Part shown: one piece after another, positions 1 through 9,375 of the stretch
How the letters are laid out: the number at the start of each line of letters is the position of its first letter
Position numbering within the stretch: the first letter of the stretch is position 1
NCBI GenBank assembly: GCA_037443425.1
Contig: JBBIOI010000002.1
Span: forward strand, 17,867 to 81,866
DNA: 64,000 nt
From: Deltaproteobacteria bacterium
Lineage (GTDB): Bacteria > Desulfobacterota > BSN033 > UBA1163
Direction: 5' to 3'
Program-made: the position numbers and the translations under genes
The notes under the pieces: model-generated
The model's database searches: none
What the model was told of the DNA's origin: nothing
The model's input: only the letters and a program-made list of their open reading frames with translations

Positions 1-284
1 TTTCTCTAAAAGCAATTCAGAATCGAAGGGAAAATTTGGAAAGAATTAAAGAGGTCTACACCAATTTCTTTAACAATAGTAAAGAGGTTCGATATCGGAT
101 TGAAGAAATAGAGATGAAAATTTACCAAAATACAGTTGAAGTCAAAGGCCGATATGAGATATTTCAGGTGACAAAGAAAGGCCAAGAAAGATTATGGAAG
201 GGAAATATTTGCTGGGTCCTTGGTAAGGAGGGTGGGAAGTTAAAGATTCTTTCGCTCGATTATCAGCATCAAAAATCTTCCTGA
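1..284 (+). CDS. 3' end of an unidentified CDS entering from upstream of the window
   Basis: The frame is open from base 3 to TGA 282-284 (SLKAIQNRRENLERIKEVYTNFF...). The 82-aa ORF-track entry starts at an internal TTG. No motif I can name. Confidence 0.4.
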   Translation, partial: SLKAIQNRRENLERIKEVYTNFFNNSKEVRYRIEEIEMKIYQNTVEVKGRYEIFQVTKKGQERLWKGNICWVLGKEGGKLKILSLDYQHQKSS

Positions 285-294
285 TGAGGTAAAG

Positions 295-1071
295 ATGATT
301 GACCTTCATTGTCATATTCTGCCAGGACTGGATGATGGGCCCGACAGTTTAGAGGAGGCCCTTCAAATGTGCCTTATATGCTATCGAGATGGTGTTAGGA
401 CCGTTGTTGCTACTCCTCACGTCATAAAAGGGGTTTATTCAAATAATCGTTCAATAATCCTGAAAAAAATTAGTCAACTCAAAGATGCCTTAAGACAGTT
501 TTTTCTATCAACTAATTCCGAATCTGACAATCCGCAATTACAATTAAGGATCATTCCAGGAGCAGATGTTTATTTTTCCGAGGACCTTTTGAGAAAAATT
601 GAGGATGGTCATCTCCTTACTATAGGGGATGAAGGGAAGTTTGTCTTGATTGAATTCCCCTTTCAAGGGATTCCTTATAGGGCAGAAGATCTTCTATTTC
701 AACTTTTAGGAAGGGGAATCACACCGATCATTACCCATCCAGAGAGGAATCTTGAGATTTCCCAGAGACCTAAACGATACTATGAGATGGTTCGGATGGG
801 ATGTCTAGGTGAACTGACAGCCATGAGCCTGACAGGTGAATTTGGGTCTGAGGTAAAAAAGGTAGCAGAAAAGTTTCTTCGGCATAAACTCGTTCATTTT
901 ATCGCCTCAGATGCCCATTCCATAAATGGTAGACCACCAATTCTTTCGAAAGCATTAAAAATTGCTGAAAAACTTATAGGTGAAGATGAAGCACGGAAAA
1001 TGGTGAAGGAAAATCCTTTAGCCGTTCTCAATGGTTATCTTCCCAATATACCTGCTCCCATCCCCTTATAA
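295..1071 (+). CDS. cpsB: PHP-domain protein-tyrosine phosphatase, CpsB/CapC/YwqE family
   Basis: The N-terminal MIDLHCHILPGLDDGP plus the THPERN and ASDAHS motifs are typical of the metal-dependent CpsB-type phosphatase. It sits at the head of a polysaccharide locus. Confidence 0.85.
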   Translation: MIDLHCHILPGLDDGPDSLEEALQMCLICYRDGVRTVVATPHVIKGVYSNNRSIILKKISQLKDALRQFFLSTNSESDNPQLQLRIIPGADVYFSEDLLRKIEDGHLLTIGDEGKFVLIEFPFQGIPYRAEDLLFQLLGRGITPIITHPERNLEISQRPKRYYEMVRMGCLGELTAMSLTGEFGSEVKKVAEKFLRHKLVHFIASDAHSINGRPPILSKALKIAEKLIGEDEARKMVKENPLAVLNGYLPNIPAPIPL

Positions 1072-1117
1072 AAAGAGAAATTTTCTAGTAGTTTTAAAGT
1101 AATACTTATATTGAAAT

Positions 1118-2542
1118 ATGATTAACTATTTTATCATATTTAATTTTATTTCTCTGCTTTTATTTACACCCATTGCCTTTGGTTCAATGGAGCTTTGGGC
1201 ATTTTCTTTAATGGAGTTGGGTATTCTTCTTATCCTTATCTTTTGGGCAATTCAGCAACTTGTAACTTCAAACTCTTTATCTTTAACTCGCTATTCTACA
1301 TTATGCAATCCATATCCATCTGTGGAATGGAAGCAATTTGCTGTTGTAATAATTCTTCTCTCTCTCTTTCTTCTTATCGTTCTATTACAGACTATTCCTC
1401 TTCCCTCTGACCTGATAAAGGTCATTTCGTCGAAAACTTTTTCCTTGCGTAATAAGTTACTATTTTTCAATGATCAATTATCCAGGACTACTTTAAGTTT
1501 TGTTCCTTTTCTTACTAGGGTCGAGTTCTTCAAATGGCTCACCCTCTCTGGGTTCTTCTTATTTTTTTTATTCTGGAAAGACTTAAGTGAAAAAACCCGG
1601 AACTTTTTGATTTTAACTATTCTCTTTATGGGGGTGGCTGAATCCCTTTATGGAATGTTTGAGTTTTTCAGTGGTCATCGGCACATTCTTCATATCAATA
1701 TGTCTGAAAGAATTTCCTCTGTTACGGGGACTTTTCCCAACCGCAACTATTTTGCTGGCTATTTACTAATGGTTATACCTCTTGCTATGGGATATCTATT
1801 TTACAGAAAGTCCCTGAAGTGGGGAGAATTTATTGGTTGGCGTGATAGGCTATCCAACTTCGATGGTAAGACTATCCTTATTGCCTTTGGAATTATCATT
1901 ATGATCCTTGCTCTTCTCTTTTCAGCCTCTCGAATGGGGATTATAAGTCTTCTGCTTTCATTTACACTTTTAAGCCTTGTTTTTAGGGGGCCTCAAAAAG
2001 GGGAACGGTTATCAAAGAGTTCGGTTTTGATACTGGGGCTAGCTGTTCTTTGGGCTTTCTGGATAGGGCTTGATGAAGTTATAAGTCGTTTTTTGGGAAC
2101 TTCGGAAAAGTTTAAATTTAGGTGGGTCTTTTGGTCAAATACCATTCAGATCTTAAAAGACTACCCCTTATTTGGTTCAGGACTTGGGACCTTTATTAAC
2201 ATCTTTCCCATGTATCGCTCATTCCACACAAGAGGACTTGCAACCCATGCTGAAAGTGATTGGCTTCAATTGGCATCAGAAGTAGGGTTTTTGGGAACAG
2301 GGGTGCTTCTGGTTCTTTTTATTTACCTTTTTTATAAAGCGGTCTCTAAGATTCGTTCCCTTTCTTATGAAGAACCCGAAAGATATATTGGAATAGGTGG
2401 ATTGGTGGGAATCCTTGCTCTAATGTTTCACAGCCTTGTGGAGCGAAACATTCAGGTTCCTGCCAATGCCTTTCTTTATACTTTACTGTGGGCTATCGTT
2501 CTTCGGATCAATGTTGGTAAAAAGGCTGAGGTGACCATATGA
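1118..2542 (+). CDS. O-antigen ligase / Wzy-like polymerase family membrane protein
   Basis: 474 aa and strongly hydrophobic with many TM helices. The block SASRMGIISLL...GSGLGTF...THAESDWLQLASEVGFLG is typical of the Wzy_C/O-antigen-ligase domain. Confidence 0.75.
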   Translation: MINYFIIFNFISLLLFTPIAFGSMELWAFSLMELGILLILIFWAIQQLVTSNSLSLTRYSTLCNPYPSVEWKQFAVVIILLSLFLLIVLLQTIPLPSDLIKVISSKTFSLRNKLLFFNDQLSRTTLSFVPFLTRVEFFKWLTLSGFFLFFLFWKDLSEKTRNFLILTILFMGVAESLYGMFEFFSGHRHILHINMSERISSVTGTFPNRNYFAGYLLMVIPLAMGYLFYRKSLKWGEFIGWRDRLSNFDGKTILIAFGIIIMILALLFSASRMGIISLLLSFTLLSLVFRGPQKGERLSKSSVLILGLAVLWAFWIGLDEVISRFLGTSEKFKFRWVFWSNTIQILKDYPLFGSGLGTFINIFPMYRSFHTRGLATHAESDWLQLASEVGFLGTGVLLVLFIYLFYKAVSKIRSLSYEEPERYIGIGGLVGILALMFHSLVERNIQVPANAFLYTLLWAIVLRINVGKKAEVTI

Positions 2543-3087
2543 ACCATAAAGACCAGATAGGTAAACTAAACCAAATGAAGCAACCTTCTTCAAGACTGTG
2601 GTATGTCATCCAGACCAAGCCTGCAAACGAACATCGGGTGGAAAGGAATCTAATCAACCAGGGGATTGAAACCTTTCTTCCTCTTATTGAGGTACACCAT
2701 TATATTAATGGAAAGATTGTCACAAAGACTAAACCCCTCTTCCCCAACTACCTTTTTGGAAAGTTAGATATAGAGTTTCACTATTTTCAGGTGAAATATA
2801 CAAGGGGAGTGAACAAGGTCCTCGGGTTTGCAGATGGTCCTATACCCATCTCTGAAAAAGTGATTGAGATGATCAGAGAGAGGGTGGGGGAGGGAAATGT
2901 TGTAAGGTTAGAAGAAGAGTTTAAAGAAGGTGACCAGGTTCAAATCTGTTCAGGGGTTTTTAAAGATTTGATAGGAGTTTTTCAGAAAAAGATTTCTGAT
3001 CAGGGAAGGGTGCGAATTCTTCTAGGCATGCTCGGAGTTGAGGTTCCTGTACAAATTTCAAAATGGCAGTTAAAGAAGGTAGCTTGA
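2539..3087 (+). CDS. NusG-like (RfaH/UpxY-type) transcription antiterminator
   Basis: WYVIQTKPANEHRVERNLINQGIETFLPL (NusG N-terminal domain) and a KOW-like GDQVQICSGVFKDLIGVFQ. ATGA start/stop overlap with the upstream gene. The true start may be an internal Met. Confidence 0.75.
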   Translation: MNHKDQIGKLNQMKQPSSRLWYVIQTKPANEHRVERNLINQGIETFLPLIEVHHYINGKIVTKTKPLFPNYLFGKLDIEFHYFQVKYTRGVNKVLGFADGPIPISEKVIEMIRERVGEGNVVRLEEEFKEGDQVQICSGVFKDLIGVFQKKISDQGRVRILLGMLGVEVPVQISKWQLKKVA

Positions 3088-3256
3088 TTAAATATTTTTT
3101 TGTTCCTTTTGTCTGCCCGGTTGAGTGGGCGACTGTATAAAAGAGAAAGGGCCGTTTGATTCGGCAACTAGCAAAAATTGACCACTATTTTGGCCGAAAT
3201 GACATAAATTTCGGGATGGCGGAAGCCTATTTATCTAACAAGAGGAGATTAAATTA

Positions 3257-4393
3257 ATGAAGGTTGTAATTATTGGTGCATCAATTTCGGGTTTATACTG
3301 TGCTTACCTCTTGGCAAGGAAGGGGGTTAGGGTTGAGGTTTACGACCAAATGGAAAGATTGGGTCCTCCTGCAAGGACGTTAATTGTTACAAGCAAAGTC
3401 AATGAAGTTCTCGGATTCGAACCTGAAGAGGCTATTATAAATAAAGTAATGAGATATGAATTTTTTTCACTGTCAAAAAAGGTAGAGCTGGACCTTCTTA
3501 CTCCTGAGTTAGTCATAGAGAGGGAAAGGCTGATTAAACTTTTAGCTCATCAAGCAGAAGTAGTGGGTGCAAGGATTATTTTGAACCACCAATTTGAAAG
3601 TTTTCATTATATTGGAGAAAAGATTGCTGTAAGTTTAAAAAATCTCATAACGATGGATACGTTCACTTTAATTGCCGACATACTCGTAGGGGCTGACGGG
3701 GTTTCGAGTAAAGTTGCGCGGGCAGTTTACTGCGATGGATACTATTCAACCGCTGCATTGCTTCAGGCAAAAGTAGTTTTACAGGAGGGAGTGGGTGCTG
3801 ATACCTGTCAGGTATGGTTCGATTCAAATCATACAAGGTATTTTTTCTGGTCAATTCCAGAGTCAGATCGGCTGGCATCAATTGGTTTAATTGCAGATAA
3901 CTCTAAGCAGGCAAATGAAAGCCTTAAAGTTTTTTTAGAAGAAAGGAATCTTAGGCCCCTTGAGTTTCAGGAAGGCAAGGTTCCTCTTCATAAGGCGAGC
4001 TGGGTGAATGGGAGAAATGCTTTTGGTAAGAAAGTCTTCCTTGTGGGTGATTCTGCTGCTCAGGTAAAGGTAACCACGGTGGGTGGGGTGGTCACAGGAC
4101 TTTATGGGGCAAAAGCACTTGCCAGTGCAATTCTTAATGGAAGGAACTATAAAAGGGAGCTTCGTGATCTCAATCTCGAACTGGATCTTCATCTTCTGAT
4201 TAGAAACGTTTTGAACCGATTTAACAATGAAAATTATGACAATTTATTGGGGAAAATTGACAGGGGGCTTAAGGGTATTTTTCAAAGATGGACACGTGAT
4301 GAACTGAGGTCTTTCTTTTTGAAAATGGCTTTGACAAAACCTCAACTTTTCTATTTAGGGTTGGGGGTTTTAACAAACGGGGCAGCAAGATAA
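3257..4393 (+). CDS. FAD-dependent oxidoreductase, geranylgeranyl-reductase-like family
   Basis: N-terminal dinucleotide fold VVIIGASISGLYCAYLLARKG, plus the VGADGVSSKVAR and FLVGDSAAQVK motifs. An AGGAG Shine-Dalgarno precedes the ATG. Confidence 0.7.
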   Translation: MKVVIIGASISGLYCAYLLARKGVRVEVYDQMERLGPPARTLIVTSKVNEVLGFEPEEAIINKVMRYEFFSLSKKVELDLLTPELVIERERLIKLLAHQAEVVGARIILNHQFESFHYIGEKIAVSLKNLITMDTFTLIADILVGADGVSSKVARAVYCDGYYSTAALLQAKVVLQEGVGADTCQVWFDSNHTRYFFWSIPESDRLASIGLIADNSKQANESLKVFLEERNLRPLEFQEGKVPLHKASWVNGRNAFGKKVFLVGDSAAQVKVTTVGGVVTGLYGAKALASAILNGRNYKRELRDLNLELDLHLLIRNVLNRFNNENYDNLLGKIDRGLKGIFQRWTRDELRSFFLKMALTKPQLFYLGLGVLTNGAAR

Positions 4394-4428
4394 TCTGATT
4401 GTCTTCTACTTAGAAAGGTAGATAGGAG

Positions 4429-5553
4429 ATGGAGACGATCCCAGTTTTTAAGCCATCCATAACTGAGGAGGAGGTTCAAGCGGTTAGGGAGGTGCTGTTG
4501 TCGGGGTGGCTTGGTTTAGGGCCGAAGACCAAAGAGTTTGAGGAGCGGTTTGCTCAGTTCTTGGGCGTGAAGTATGCGGTAGCTATGAATTCTTGTACCG
4601 CAGCACTGCATTTGGCCATAAAAGTTTTGGGGATAGGGCCAGGAGATGAGGTTATTACACCTTCACTTACGTTTGTTTCAACAAATCATGCCATTCTTTT
4701 CGAGGGGGCAACGCCGGTATTTGCCGATATAGACCCTGATACTTTAACGATTGATCCGGATGATGTTGCACAAAAAATCACACCAAGAACGCGATTAATT
4801 ATCTGTATGCATTATGGTGGTCATCCTTGTGATATGGATGAACTGTTGACTGTTGCTCGTAGCAGGAGGATTTTGATTCTTGAAGACGCTGCACATGCTT
4901 GCGGAGCTAAATACAAAGGGCGTCCCGCAGGTACGCTTGGAGACATAGCTTGTTTTAGTTTTCATGCAGTGAAGAATCTCACGACTGGGGAAGGAGGTAT
5001 GGTTGTAACGAATGATGAGGAAAAAGCAGAACGTTTACGAAAGTTGCGTTGGTGTGGCATTAACAAGGATACCTGGAAACGTTCTGAGGTAGGTAAACAC
5101 TATTCTTGGTACTATGAGGTTGAGGAACTTGGTTATAAGTATCACATGAATGATATTGCTGCTGCTATTGGTTTAGTACAGTTGCGTCGTCTTGAAGACC
5201 TCAATAGGAAGCGTCGACAAATTGTTTCTATCTATAATGCTGCGTTTCGCGATTTAGATTGGCTTAGAACTCCAGTGGAGAAAAGTTATGTAGAAAGTGC
5301 TCATCACAACTATGTTATTAAGACGTCGTTTCGTGATCCGCTCATTACTCATCTACAGAATTGTGGGGTATCTGCCAGTGTGCATTATATTCCCAATCAT
5401 TATTATGAGATGTACCGCGATTACTGTGCTGACGTGCCTGTAACCGAGTTTGTTTGGAAAAAGTTAGTAACATTGCCGTTATATCCAGATATGACAAATG
5501 CTGATATTGATACTGTTGTTAATGCAGTGACGAGTTTTAGACCAAATCAGTGA
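4429..5553 (+). CDS. DegT/DnrJ/EryC1/StrS-family PLP-dependent sugar aminotransferase
   Basis: GPKTKEFEERFAQFLGVKYAVAMNSCTAALHLA and FSFHAVKNLTTGEGG (PLP-lysine block) are family signatures. Confidence 0.9.
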   Translation: METIPVFKPSITEEEVQAVREVLLSGWLGLGPKTKEFEERFAQFLGVKYAVAMNSCTAALHLAIKVLGIGPGDEVITPSLTFVSTNHAILFEGATPVFADIDPDTLTIDPDDVAQKITPRTRLIICMHYGGHPCDMDELLTVARSRRILILEDAAHACGAKYKGRPAGTLGDIACFSFHAVKNLTTGEGGMVVTNDEEKAERLRKLRWCGINKDTWKRSEVGKHYSWYYEVEELGYKYHMNDIAAAIGLVQLRRLEDLNRKRRQIVSIYNAAFRDLDWLRTPVEKSYVESAHHNYVIKTSFRDPLITHLQNCGVSASVHYIPNHYYEMYRDYCADVPVTEFVWKKLVTLPLYPDMTNADIDTVVNAVTSFRPNQ

Positions 5554-6617
5554 TGAAGATTCTATTTCTTACCTTAGGGTCAATAGAACTGGCTAGTTCA
5601 CGAACACGAGTTTTTCAATATATCCCTTACTTAAGGGAATGGGGAGCTAAATGTAAAGTTGTTGTTCAGGGGGAACGGGCACGTGGCAAGGAGACTGAAG
5701 TAAGGCGTTTGTGGCGCAAGTATGTCTTGCCGTGGATGCGTTTTGTTAGATTCCTGGCTAACGTATTTTGCTATGATGTGATCTTTATTCAAAAAGTTTT
5801 GATTCCGGAGTGGATTTTTATCTTAATTCAATGGCTCGGAAAACCAATTGTTTTTGATTTTGACGATGCAATTTATACTATTAACCCATCCGGGCTGAGT
5901 ATCTCTAGAGATCGACATCGATTTGACCATATTGTGAAACATAGTAATTTGGTTGTTTTAGAGAATGAATACAATCGGCGGCAAGTAGAGACATTGGGGC
6001 AATATAATATTCTGATCATTACCGGACCTATTGACATCAATCGTTATCAGCCACGTGCCAAAATAGTCAACGGCCGGGAGGTAGTTATTGGCTGGATTGG
6101 AAGTTCTACAACGACACCTGACCTTGAGCTAGTATGGCCTGTTTTGCGCAAATTGGTAGTTAAGTATCCCAATGTGAGAGTAGAATTGGTTGGTGCTACA
6201 GGGTTGTTAGGCGTTGAACCAACTTACGTAACTATCAAGCCTTGGTCGCTTGATAGCGAGGTAGATGATTTAGCTCGTTTTGATATTGGTATCATGCCCC
6301 TAGCCGACAATGAGTGGACACGAGGTAAAGGCGGTTATAAGCTCCTGCAATATATGGCTATGGGTATTCCGTGCGTTGCTTCACCGGTAGGAGTAAACGT
6401 GAACATCGTGCGTGATGGAGTTAATGGATTTCTTGTCCGCTCGGTGTTAGAGTGGGAGCAAGCTTTGGAACGGTTGATCAGAGATCATGAGTTAAGAAGG
6501 CGGATGGGGGAGGAAGGAAGGAGGATTGCAATTCAGGAATATTCGTTTGAAGTGAGTGTACAGAAACTAATAGGAGCACTGAAAGCGATCAAGTCTTATG
6601 GGAATAAATTCTCGTAA
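5550..6617 (+). CDS. GT-B fold glycosyltransferase (GT4/GT1-like)
   Basis: The C-terminal block GIMPLADNEWTRGKGGYKLLQYMAMGIPCVASPVGVNVNIVRDGVNGFL is the typical GT-B nucleotide-sugar binding region. ATGA-type overlap with the upstream gene. Confidence 0.8.
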   Translation: MMKILFLTLGSIELASSRTRVFQYIPYLREWGAKCKVVVQGERARGKETEVRRLWRKYVLPWMRFVRFLANVFCYDVIFIQKVLIPEWIFILIQWLGKPIVFDFDDAIYTINPSGLSISRDRHRFDHIVKHSNLVVLENEYNRRQVETLGQYNILIITGPIDINRYQPRAKIVNGREVVIGWIGSSTTTPDLELVWPVLRKLVVKYPNVRVELVGATGLLGVEPTYVTIKPWSLDSEVDDLARFDIGIMPLADNEWTRGKGGYKLLQYMAMGIPCVASPVGVNVNIVRDGVNGFLVRSVLEWEQALERLIRDHELRRRMGEEGRRIAIQEYSFEVSVQKLIGALKAIKSYGNKFS

Positions 6618-6632
6618 TAGAGAGGTGTTTCT

Positions 6633-7643
6633 TTGGAATGGGTTCAATGTGCTATCTGTGGTAGCCAAGATTCAGAGATTGTATTAGAGGGCTGGGATTT
6701 TGACTTCGGGGCAACAAACGAAATCTTCCAGGTGGTGCGATGCCTATCTTGTGGGCTTGTGTATACGAATCCTAGACCCACTTCGTCTGAAATGATACGT
6801 TATTACCATGAAGGCTATGGACCTTATCATTTGACCGTTTCGAAGCGGAACATAAGGAGTTATTGGATTGAGCGTTTAAAGAATGCTGCTGAAGGGGCTT
6901 ATCTTAGAAGATATCGGGGTGAGATTTCTAAACATGACATTGGACAGTTATTCCTTGCTTGGCTTGGGAGACGACTGTATAGTAGTTTTTATAGTAAATT
7001 ACCCCCTTATCGAACTCAAGGTAGGCTTTTAGATGTTGGTTGTGGTAGTGGAATATTTCTCTGGAAAGCAAAGAGGGCTGGTTGGGAGTGCGTTGGTTTG
7101 GATTTAACATTTAAACCCTTGGTAACAGCCAAGGAGAGGTGGGGGATTAATGTTTTTCAAGCGAAGCTACCTTTAATAGGAATGACCGATAGGAGTTGTG
7201 ATGTTGTAACTATGTGGGCAGTTTTAGAACATATGCATGATCCAATTGCCAGTTTATTGGAATTAAAGCGAGTGATTCGGAAGGATGGACTGTTAATATT
7301 GTCGGTTCCAGATATTAGTACAATAGAAACGCATTGGTTTGGACCCTACTGGTATGCATGGAAACTCCCGCGACACTTATACCACTTTACGCCTGAAACA
7401 CTAACCAAGATTCTTCGCAATGGAGGTTTTGAGGTCATTGCTATAGAGCATGAACCCAATTTATTGAACTTGTTAGGAAGCATACGTAATGCCTTAAGTG
7501 CCCCTCAACCATACGGACGTATAGCAAGGAGGTTAGTTTGGATAAACTCACTGCCGGAGCAAATTCTTCGGTTTCTTGGTATCGTATGGGGGAAATTGGG
7601 CCAGAGTGGGAGGATGATGGTATTGGCAAAAGTTAAGGGTTAA
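6633..7643 (+). CDS. class I SAM-dependent methyltransferase with N-terminal zinc ribbon
   Basis: CAICGS...CLSCG zinc ribbon, SAM motif I LLDVGCGSGIF, and later VVTMWAVLEHMHDP. Confidence 0.8.
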   Translation: MEWVQCAICGSQDSEIVLEGWDFDFGATNEIFQVVRCLSCGLVYTNPRPTSSEMIRYYHEGYGPYHLTVSKRNIRSYWIERLKNAAEGAYLRRYRGEISKHDIGQLFLAWLGRRLYSSFYSKLPPYRTQGRLLDVGCGSGIFLWKAKRAGWECVGLDLTFKPLVTAKERWGINVFQAKLPLIGMTDRSCDVVTMWAVLEHMHDPIASLLELKRVIRKDGLLILSVPDISTIETHWFGPYWYAWKLPRHLYHFTPETLTKILRNGGFEVIAIEHEPNLLNLLGSIRNALSAPQPYGRIARRLVWINSLPEQILRFLGIVWGKLGQSGRMMVLAKVKG

Positions 7644-7688
7644 AAGAAAGGGAATTTCAATGTATTCGGAAAAGGTGGGGCGCAGTTT

Positions 7689-9059
7689 GTGAGATCTGGT
7701 TTTTTTTTAGGGATCTTATCTTTGACTCAATTATTGATTGGTCTAGTGGCCCGGACGATCTATGCAGGCATATTTGGCACATCACGCGAGATGGATGTCT
7801 TTTTGCTGGTAATGGGAGTGGTAACTTGGTTCACAGGTGTTGTGGCAGTAGCAGCGAACAAGGCTCTTGTTCCCAGTTTCGTTGAGGTGCGGGAGCGATT
7901 TGGAGAGCAGAATGCTTGGCGTATGGCAAGTACAGTTATTAATGGACTTTGGCTTATTTGTTTGATTTTCATTGTTTTGGGGTGGGTGCTAGCTAACAAG
8001 GTGGCGGTGGTTTTGGGTGCCGGACTCGAACCCGAAGCGAGGTTGTTATTTGCCAAACTATTCCGTATAGCTGTTCCGATAACTGCTTTCAACCTAATTG
8101 TTAGCATTTTTACTGCTATTCTCTTCAGCTATAACGATTTTGTTCTACCTCAAGCATTGCGGTTAATAGGGTTGATTACCACTATTGGCTCAGTAGTTAT
8201 ATTCTCTTCTTATATTGGGATTTATAGTATGGCTGTAGGGATGTTATTAGATGGAATAATTACCTGCGGTGTTTTAACTCTGCGAATTCATTGGAAAGGT
8301 TTTTCCTATAGTCCGTTTTGTTTAAATTGGAATGATAAAGAAGTGTTTCGTTTCATTCGTGTTACATTGCCGTTGATGGGTGCGGCTTTTTTTTCACGAG
8401 CTCAAGAACTAGTGGATCGTTTCTTTGCCTCATTTCTGACAGTAGGTAGCATTTCGTTTCTGAACTATGCCTATTTACTCATACATGTTCCTATGACCAT
8501 ATTAACCACAGCAATGCAGGTTGTCTTTCCTAAGTTTTCCCGTCTGGCGGCGTATAAGAAGAGAGTAGAGCTCCGGCAGGATGTGGAATCCAGTTTGAGT
8601 TTTGCCGTATTCATGGTAATTCCAGCCTTTGTAGGTTTATTGTGTTTAGCAAAACCGGCTATAGTTACACTATTTCAACATGGGAAATTTAATATAATAT
8701 CTACCGAGAATACTTGGGCTGCTTTACCTTTCTACTTTGGCCCACTTATAGTAGGCGTTCCCAGTGGAATTCTTGCGCTTGCACTCTATTCCCTAAAAGA
8801 AACACGAATAATTCTATGGATTGGTATTTGGACATTTATTAGCAATATCATTTTCAATTTGATATTCATACAATGGCTTGATTATATTGGGATTGCCCTA
8901 TCTACCTCAGTGGTCTATTTAATCAACGCATTCCTTTTAATAGTTGCCTTACGAAGAAAGATTGGTGACCTCAATTGGGGTCGTATTTTGTTTTCCCTTT
9001 TTAAGACCCTTATTTCTTCTCTGAGTATGGCAGTCGTAGTGCTTGTTGTAGCTAAGTAG
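7689..9059 (+). CDS. MurJ/MviN (MOP superfamily) polysaccharide or lipid-linked oligosaccharide flippase, ended prematurely by an in-frame TAG
   Basis: 456 aa, polytopic. The N-terminal ARTIYAGIFGTSREMDVFLL resembles the MurJ N-terminus. The ORF ends at TAG 9057-9059 but the same frame carries on. Confidence 0.75.
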   Translation: MRSGFFLGILSLTQLLIGLVARTIYAGIFGTSREMDVFLLVMGVVTWFTGVVAVAANKALVPSFVEVRERFGEQNAWRMASTVINGLWLICLIFIVLGWVLANKVAVVLGAGLEPEARLLFAKLFRIAVPITAFNLIVSIFTAILFSYNDFVLPQALRLIGLITTIGSVVIFSSYIGIYSMAVGMLLDGIITCGVLTLRIHWKGFSYSPFCLNWNDKEVFRFIRVTLPLMGAAFFSRAQELVDRFFASFLTVGSISFLNYAYLLIHVPMTILTTAMQVVFPKFSRLAAYKKRVELRQDVESSLSFAVFMVIPAFVGLLCLAKPAIVTLFQHGKFNIISTENTWAALPFYFGPLIVGVPSGILALALYSLKETRIILWIGIWTFISNIIFNLIFIQWLDYIGIALSTSVVYLINAFLLIVALRRKIGDLNWGRILFSLFKTLISSLSMAVVVLVVAK

Positions 9060-9317
9060 ATCGGAAGAGCTCCAGGAGATAAGTTACAATGGGTCAACCT
9101 TATTCGGTTGGGTGCTTTAATAGGTATCGGGATTCTTAGTTATACATTGTTTTCATACGCTGTTGGAAGCAGTGAAGTTCGCTATTTACTGTGGTGGTTA
9201 CGCAATGATGGGGGAAAGGTTTTGGAGAAGTTTCTGACTTTTTATAAAATTAGGTTTTTCGGAGAAGTTTCGCAAAAATTGGTGAATATTAAACATCCTC
9301 AAAAAACTCCTTTATAA
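9060..9317 (+). pseudogene. detached C-terminal segment of the MurJ-like flippase
   Basis: Same phase as 7689-9059, directly after the TAG. The translation IGRAPGDKLQWVNLIRLGALIGIGILSYTLFSYAVGSSEVRYLLW matches the W..RL....G...Y......G..E pattern of MurJ C-termini. The ORF track lists 9108-9317 from a TTG. Confidence 0.6.
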
Positions 9318-9375
9318 ACTCATCCGGTGTAAGTTCTTCTTGAATTTAAAAGTTATGTAGATAGGGAGAAGCTAA

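Noticed and set aside
3218-3225. GGCGGAAG as an ops/JUMPStart element (GGCGGTAG) for the NusG paralog.
   Set aside because: It is a 7/8 match with the mismatch at the T that I recall being critical. By my estimate, roughly 50 such one-mismatch hits are expected by chance in 64 kb on two strands. Position alone is not enough.
9057-9059. TAG in the flippase gene as pyrrolysine or a reassigned sense codon.
   Set aside because: TAG clearly ends another gene here (14022-15461 ends at 15459-15461). No pyl genes or methylamine methyltransferases are in the window. A nonsense mutation or sequencing error is simpler.
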